Assembly (NCBI GenBank): GCA_963840225.1
Contig: CAWIYH010000002.1
Location: forward strand, 839,934-903,933
Reading direction: 5' to 3'
Source: an uncultured Acidobacteriota bacterium
GTDB taxonomy: Bacteria; Acidobacteriota; Vicinamibacteria; Vicinamibacterales; CAVVIG01
DNA: 64,000 bases
The translations under genes were made by a program, and so were the position numbers. How positions within the stretch are numbered: the first letter of the stretch is position 1; each line of letters starts with the position of its first letter. The notes below the pieces were generated by a model. That model made no database searches. It was not told the origin of the DNA and saw only the letters and a program-made list of their open reading frames with translations. Positions 59,124-64,000 of this stretch are shown in pieces.

Positions 59124-60506
59124 TCAGGTCCGGCGCCCGATCTTCTGTGCATCGGCCTCGCGCCGCCGGCGCGCTGCCGGCCCCCGGGGCTCGGGCTCGA
59201 GCTGGTACTCGAGAATCTTGCGGTACAGGGTGCCGCGGCTGATGTCGAGCACCCGCGCGGCCTCCTTCTTGTTCCAGTGGACCGCCTCGAGGACCCTGAC
59301 GACGTGCGCCCGTTCGGCCTCGGCGAGCGACGGCAGCCGATCGCCCGAGTGCTGCACGACCGGCGCGGTCGCGTTCAGGAACTCGATGTCGGTCGCTCGA
59401 ATCGTCCGGCCCGGCGCCGACAGCGCGGCGCGCGACACCGTGCTCTCCAGCTCGCGGATGTTGCCCGGCCACTGATACGCCAACAGCACGTCGAGCGCCT
59501 CGCGGGAAAAGGCCTTGCTGTCGAGCGGCATGCCCTGGGCGGCGCAGTAGCGGTTCAGGAACCGCTGCGCCAGCACCGGGATGTCGACCTGGCGCTCGCG
59601 CAGCGAGGGCAGGCGGATGGCGAACGCGTTGACGCGGTAGTACAGATCCTCCCGGAACCGGCCGTCGCGGACGAACTGCTCGAGGGGCCGGTTGGTGGCG
59701 GAGATGAGCCGGAAGTCGACCTCGATCGACTTCTGGCCGCCGAGACGCTCGAAGCGCCGCTCTTCGAGGACCCGCAGCAGCTTCGCCTGCGCCACGATCG
59801 ACAGGTCGCCGATCTCGTCGAGGAACAGCGTGCCTTCGTTGGCGAGCTCGAGCCGGCCCGGCTTGCGATCGTGCGCGCCGGTGAAGGCGCCTTTCTCGTA
59901 GCCGAAGATCTCCGACTCGAACAGCGTGTCGGGCAGCGCCGCGCAGTTGACCGCCTGGAAGCGCGCCTGGCTCCGGCGGCTCAGCTCGTGGATCATCCGG
60001 GCCACGACCTCCTTGCCCGATCCGGTCGGACCGAGGATGAGCACCGAGATGTCGGACTTGGCCGCGGTCCGAATCCACTCGAAGACGATCAGCATCTTCT
60101 CGTCGCGGCCGATCATCTCGCGGAACCGCTGGACCGATGGCGACTGATCCTCGCTGCTGACGGTCGCGCGGCGCTCGAGGAACTGGTCGAGCAGCTCCGA
60201 CAGCGGGGCGTCGACCGGCCGCTCGGCCGCGTAGCCGTCGGGCGAGGCGCCCGAGCGGCGCGCGACGCCGAAATCCGCCAGCTCGCGCACGCAGTTCTCG
60301 ACGTCCAGGCGCAGGCGCCCGAAGGTCTGCATCAGGGCGTCGACGTCGAAGTTCTCGCCGGCTCGAGAGTGCAGATATCGGAGGATACCCGCCCGAAGCG
60401 GCGACTGCACAAGGGTGCGAAACCGTGCGTCGAGGTCGGCCGGTTCGGTCTGCCGCACGGCGGCGGCCGCACTGGCGCGGCGCGCGCTGAAGGTCAGATC
60501 GTCCAT
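59124..60506 (-). CDS. sigma-54-dependent transcriptional activator (bEBP) with atypical N-terminal domain
   Basis: 460 aa. AAA+ Walker A GPTGSGKE, sigma-54 contact loop EKGAFTGA, Walker B LFLDEIG, WPGNIRELE, and a C-terminal Fis-type HTH (NKKEAARVLDISRGTLYRKI). The N-terminal ~125 aa contain no receiver/PAS/GAF motifs that I can recognise. Confidence 0.9.
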   Translation of the reverse strand: MDDLTFSARRASAAAAVRQTEPADLDARFRTLVQSPLRAGILRYLHSRAGENFDVDALMQTFGRLRLDVENCVRELADFGVARRSGASPDGYAAERPVDAPLSELLDQFLERRATVSSEDQSPSVQRFREMIGRDEKMLIVFEWIRTAAKSDISVLILGPTGSGKEVVARMIHELSRRSQARFQAVNCAALPDTLFESEIFGYEKGAFTGAHDRKPGRLELANEGTLFLDEIGDLSIVAQAKLLRVLEERRFERLGGQKSIEVDFRLISATNRPLEQFVRDGRFREDLYYRVNAFAIRLPSLRERQVDIPVLAQRFLNRYCAAQGMPLDSKAFSREALDVLLAYQWPGNIRELESTVSRAALSAPGRTIRATDIEFLNATAPVVQHSGDRLPSLAEAERAHVVRVLEAVHWNKKEAARVLDISRGTLYRKILEYQLEPEPRGPAARRRREADAQKIGRRT

Positions 60507-60629
60507 GGTGGGCGTCTGGTATATCGGCCGTTGGGCGCCGCCTCTGCAGGGGCGCCCTCTCGCCAGCCAACTGGGCAGATGTTAAGCTTATTTCCGCCAG
60601 ACGAGGCGTCCCAACCAGGAGGTCACCAG

Positions 60630-61769
60630 TTGCCGCATCGTGCCCCCGGCTCGCCCGGGCACTCACCCCAGCAGTTCCTGTCCGGCAGGCCGATTCGCTA
60701 CTATCGCCCCCGCGGCAGCGCCGACCTGCGCCGTCTCGTCGACGAGGGATTCCAGGCGTTCAACGCCGGCCGGCTCTCGGAAGCGTGCGCCATCTTCAGC
60801 GACAAGATGCTCGCGCCCGATCACGACACGACGATCGGCCTGACGGTCGCGGGCGCGCTCACCCCGGCGGGGCTCGGCGGATGCGTCATCGAGCTGATGG
60901 ACCGCGGCCTGGTCGACTTCGTGATCTCCACCGGTGCCAACCTGTACCACGACCTGCACTACGCCCTGAACTTCACCCTGCGCCGCGGCTCCCCGTTCCT
61001 CGACGATGTCGAGCTGTACGAGCAGGGCGTCATCCGCATCTACGACATCCTGTTCCCGGCGACCGTCCTCCTCGAGACCGACGCTTACATTCGCGACTTC
61101 ATCGTGCGCTCGGGCCTGAACGAGCCGATCTCGACCGCCGAGTTCCACTACCGCCTCGGGCGCGATCTGCTGCAGCGGTTCCCCGGCTGCGAGGAGCATT
61201 CGGTGCTGGCGCGTGCGGCGGTCGCGGGAGTGCCGATCTACACCTCGTCGCCGGGCGACAGCTCGATCGGCATGAACATCGCGTACCACGAGCTCATGAC
61301 CGGCAGCCGCTTCATGATCGATCCCAACAAGGACGTCAACGAGGTGTGCGCGATCGTGCTGGCCGGTAAGAAGAACGGCTGCGTGATCCTCGGCGGCGGA
61401 TCGCCGAAGAACTTCTACCTCCAGGCGCAGCCGACGCTCTGGGAGGTCTACGGCATCCCGAAGGGCGGCAACGACTACTTCATCCAGATCACGACCGACC
61501 AGGTCGTCTGGGGCGGCCTCTCGGGGGCGACGCCGGCCGAAGCCGTCAGCTGGGGCAAGGTCAACCCCGGCGTGCTGCCCGACACGGTGGTGGCGTACTG
61601 CGATTCCACCATCGCGTTCCCGCTCTTCTGCGAGTACGCGGTCGGCTCGCCGAACGGCCGCCGCGCGCGCAAGGAGCTCGTGCACAAGCGCGACGATCTC
61701 GTGGCGGTGCTCGCGCGCGACGCCAAGGCCGCTCTGCAGAAACGGGAGAACGAGGAGGTCAGGTCGTAG
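60630..61769 (+). CDS. deoxyhypusine synthase family protein
   Basis: TTG at 60630 preferred (GGAGG at 60618-60622, 7-nt spacer); an in-frame ATG at 60579 is also possible. GLTVAGALTPAGLGG, STGANLYHD and GGGSPKNF are DHS-like motifs. Confidence 0.8.
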   Translation: MPHRAPGSPGHSPQQFLSGRPIRYYRPRGSADLRRLVDEGFQAFNAGRLSEACAIFSDKMLAPDHDTTIGLTVAGALTPAGLGGCVIELMDRGLVDFVISTGANLYHDLHYALNFTLRRGSPFLDDVELYEQGVIRIYDILFPATVLLETDAYIRDFIVRSGLNEPISTAEFHYRLGRDLLQRFPGCEEHSVLARAAVAGVPIYTSSPGDSSIGMNIAYHELMTGSRFMIDPNKDVNEVCAIVLAGKKNGCVILGGGSPKNFYLQAQPTLWEVYGIPKGGNDYFIQITTDQVVWGGLSGATPAEAVSWGKVNPGVLPDTVVAYCDSTIAFPLFCEYAVGSPNGRRARKELVHKRDDLVAVLARDAKAALQKRENEEVRS

Positions 61770-61776
61770 GTCTGCG

Positions 61777-62193
61777 ATGGGGACGCTGTCGTCGGAGCTG
61801 GCGCCGCACGCCGGGCGGATTTCGCCGCGTCCGCGCATCTACGTGGATGCGAACGTGCCCGCCGGACTCGTCGCCTTCATGCGCACGCGCCTGGGCTGGG
61901 ACGTGCTCTTCGTGATGGAGGAGGACGGGTTGCGCCGCGCCCCGGACCTGCGCCACTACCGGCTCGCGCACCAGCTTCGGCGGACCCTGGTCACGATGGA
62001 CCGCGACTATCTCGACGATCGGCGCTTTCCGCCGGACGAGGGCGGCGGGGTCCTCGTCGTGAGCGCCCCTGACGAGCGGGCGCTGATCGCGCTCCTCGGC
62101 CGCATCGATCGCGCCAACGCGCTGCCGCCCGCCGGCCACAAGCTGCATCTGCACACCGACTGGGGGCGCCGGGCGGACGCCGCGGTCGATTGA
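61777..62193 (+). CDS. PIN-like protein (DUF5615/Mut7-C-like), putative
   Basis: 138 aa. IYVDANVPAGLVAFMR..GWDV.....E...R.APDL....A....RTLVTMDRDY........GGVLVV follows the DUF5615 PIN-like pattern by eye. No adjacent antitoxin-like ORF. Confidence 0.45.
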   Translation: MGTLSSELAPHAGRISPRPRIYVDANVPAGLVAFMRTRLGWDVLFVMEEDGLRRAPDLRHYRLAHQLRRTLVTMDRDYLDDRRFPPDEGGGVLVVSAPDERALIALLGRIDRANALPPAGHKLHLHTDWGRRADAAVD

Positions 62194-62215
62194 GCCGGGG
62201 TTCGACGCCCGTACC

Positions 62216-63118
62216 ATGACTTCATCGACGATGCTCGGCCTCGAACTGCGGACCTCCTCGGTCGTCGCCGTGTCCACCGACGCCGCGGGGGGCGTCACCG
62301 CGCGCGCCGAGCGGCCGTGGGGAGCCGACGCCGGGCGGGCGGCCCTCGAGGCGCTGGCCCAGGTGGCCGGCAGCGCCTCGCAGTCGCCGTTGGGCGTCGC
62401 GGCGGTCGCGCCGCAATCCGACGCGGTGCGATCGGCGCTCGCCGCGCTCGCCGATCGCTTTACCGGCCGGTTCGCGAAGGACGGGGCCGCGGCGTCCGGC
62501 ACCGCCGGTGCGCTGGCCGAGCTGGCGTTCGGCGCCGCGCGCGGTTCCCGCCACGTCGTCTACTTCGCGGTCGGAGAGCACGCGAGCGCCGGTGTCTTGT
62601 GCGCCGGCGTGCCGCTAGTCGGGGCCCACCGGCGCGCCCCCGCCGCGTCCTGGCTGGCGCTCAATCCGGTCGAGCGCGAAGACTACCGTCGCGCCGGGTG
62701 CCTCGAAGCCGAAGTGGCGTCGGCAGGCGTCGTACGGCGCATCGTCTGGCGCATCAAGGCGGGTGATGGCTCGTCGGTCCAGCAGATGGTGAACGGCGAT
62801 CTGTCCGCCATCACGCTCGACCACGTGCTCACGGCCGCGCGACAGCGCGACGGCGTCGCGGTGTCGGTCGTGCGCGACACCGCCAAGTACCTCGGTATGG
62901 CCGCGGCGAATCTGGTCGCGATCACCGATCCGGAGCGGCTCGTGGTCGGCGGCATGATGGCCTCGGCTGCCGACCTCCTGCTCGAGCCGCTTCGCGTGGA
63001 GATCGCGCGGCGCTTGCCGGCTGTCATGATGGAGAGCCTGACCATCGTCCCCGCCGCCCTCGGCGACGACGCGCCCGCGATCGGGGCGGCGCACCAGGCC
63101 GGAGTCGCCCTTCCATGA
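62216..63118 (+). CDS. ROK-family-like protein with degenerate phosphate-1 motif
   Basis: 300 aa. ROK-like middle and C-terminal regions (YFAVGEHASAGVL, YLGMAAANLVAITDPERLVVGG, ALGDDAPAIGAA), but the N-terminal DxGxT is replaced by LGLELRTSS. Confidence 0.6.
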   Translation: MTSSTMLGLELRTSSVVAVSTDAAGGVTARAERPWGADAGRAALEALAQVAGSASQSPLGVAAVAPQSDAVRSALAALADRFTGRFAKDGAAASGTAGALAELAFGAARGSRHVVYFAVGEHASAGVLCAGVPLVGAHRRAPAASWLALNPVEREDYRRAGCLEAEVASAGVVRRIVWRIKAGDGSSVQQMVNGDLSAITLDHVLTAARQRDGVAVSVVRDTAKYLGMAAANLVAITDPERLVVGGMMASAADLLLEPLRVEIARRLPAVMMESLTIVPAALGDDAPAIGAAHQAGVALP

Positions 63119-64000
63119 TCGTCCTGTCGGGCGCCGATCTCGTGCTGCCCGACCGGATCCTCTCGCCCGGCACGCTCGTGATCGACGGCGACCGCATCGT
63201 CGACGTCCGCGCCGGAGTGATCGCCGGCGGTGCACCGCATCCGTCGTTCGCCTTCCACGGCCACCACATCCTCCCCGGCTTCATCGACGTCCACATCCAC
63301 GGCGTGGGCGGCGTGGACGCGCTCGACGGCGTCGATGCGGTCGGCGCGATCGCCGCGCGGCTGCCGCAGTACGGCGTCACCGCCTTCTGTCCGACCAGCG
63401 TCGCCTGCGCGCCCGATGCGCTGCGGATGCTGCTGACGGCGGTGCGGGACGCCCGCGCCGCGCCGCCAAGGCTCGCCGCACGTGTGCTGCCGGCTCATCT
63501 CGAGAGCAACTTCATCAGCGCCGAGTACCGTGGCGCCCAGCCTGCCCGCTGCCTGCGCCTGCCGCGGGGAGCGCTCGACGGGGCCCGGCCCGCAGCCGCG
63601 CAAGCGACCGACGCCACGACGGCCGACGCGACGGACTTCACCGGGGTCGACATCATCGCCGAAATCGAGCGCGCCGCGCCTGACGTCGGCATCGTCACCC
63701 TCGCGCCCGAGCTCGAGGGCGCGATCGATCTCATCGGTTGGCTGCGCGCTCACGGGCAGCGCGTGTCGCTCGGTCACTCAGGCGCCAGCTTCGACGAGGG
63801 GGTCGCGGCGATTGCCGCGGGCGCCAGCCAGGCGACGCACCTGTTCAATCGGATGCCGCCGCTCGGACACCGGACACCGGGACTCGTCGGAGCGATCCTG
63901 CAAAGCGACGAGGTTGCGTCCGAGCTGATTTGCGACGGGTTCCACGTGCACCCGGCGGTCGTCGGGACGACGATCGCCGCCAAGCGGCCGTCGCGCGTGA
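63115..64000 (+). CDS. nagA: N-acetylglucosamine-6-phosphate deacetylase (3' end beyond window)
   Basis: ATG at 63115 (ATGA overlap with the ROK stop); open to the window end and absent from the ORF track because it has no stop. Self-translated: MIVLSGADLVLPDRILSPGTLVIDGDRIVDV...ILPGFIDVHIHGVGGVD...ESNFIS...LGHSGA...ATHLFNRMP... Confidence 0.85.
   Translation, partial: MIVLSGADLVLPDRILSPGTLVIDGDRIVDVRAGVIAGGAPHPSFAFHGHHILPGFIDVHIHGVGGVDALDGVDAVGAIAARLPQYGVTAFCPTSVACAPDALRMLLTAVRDARAAPPRLAARVLPAHLESNFISAEYRGAQPARCLRLPRGALDGARPAAAQATDATTADATDFTGVDIIAEIERAAPDVGIVTLAPELEGAIDLIGWLRAHGQRVSLGHSGASFDEGVAAIAAGASQATHLFNRMPPLGHRTPGLVGAILQSDEVASELICDGFHVHPAVVGTTIAAKRPSRV

Noticed and set aside
1-64000. 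Looked for CRISPR arrays, rRNA/tRNA genes, transposases, integrases, phage genes and long direct or inverted repeats.
   Set aside because: No evenly spaced direct repeats, no RNA-gene signatures in any intergenic gap (all but one are under 180 nt), and no ORF with transposase, integrase or phage motifs were seen. A computational repeat search would be needed to exclude dispersed repeats that I cannot detect by eye.

Overview
Very GC-rich (by eye roughly 70%) chromosomal segment with about 60 protein-coding genes on both strands, many joined by 4-nt ATGA/GTGA stop-start overlaps. I found no rRNA, tRNA, CRISPR array, transposase or integrase. The family content (TIGR03436-like VWA protein, sortilin/BNR protein, CBM9/DUF5916 barrel, large secreted M14/M28 peptidases) suggests an Acidobacteriota-like soil bacterium; this is inference only. 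Blocks from left to right: (1) tail of a cytochrome c oxidase operon (1-2480); (2) a hydroxyproline-type module (2489-5513); (3) cyaY, VWA, BNR and an FTR1 iron permease; (4) a 9.3-kb minus-strand operon centred on an aaRS-like amino acid:carrier-protein ligase (11062-20339), the most interesting system here; (5) OsmC, a membrane acyltransferase, an outer-membrane barrel and an M14 peptidase; (6) an orphan DGQHR (DndB-like) gene followed by rfbB, frameshifted rfbA and rfbC; (7) pxpA; (8) a CDP-alcohol phosphatidyltransferase plus GtrA-fusion pair; (9) an MFS transporter, a duplicated secreted protein and an SSS symporter; (10) M28 peptidase, cupredoxin, formamidase; (11) an acyl-CoA ligase; (12) a complete arginine biosynthesis cluster (argF, argJ, GNAT, argD, argB, argC, ARG box, argR, argG, argH); (13) fabI; (14) a sigma-54 activator followed by a sigma-54-type promoter and a membrane HD-GYP/GAF/GGDEF protein; (15) deoxyhypusine-synthase-like, PIN-like and ROK-like genes and nagA, which is cut by the window end. 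Four conserved genes (ctaD, the flippase, rfbA, the GtrA fusion) show single-nucleotide frame disruptions, so either assembly indels or recent pseudogenisation must be considered. All functional calls rest on motifs and by-eye similarity, because no database search could be run.
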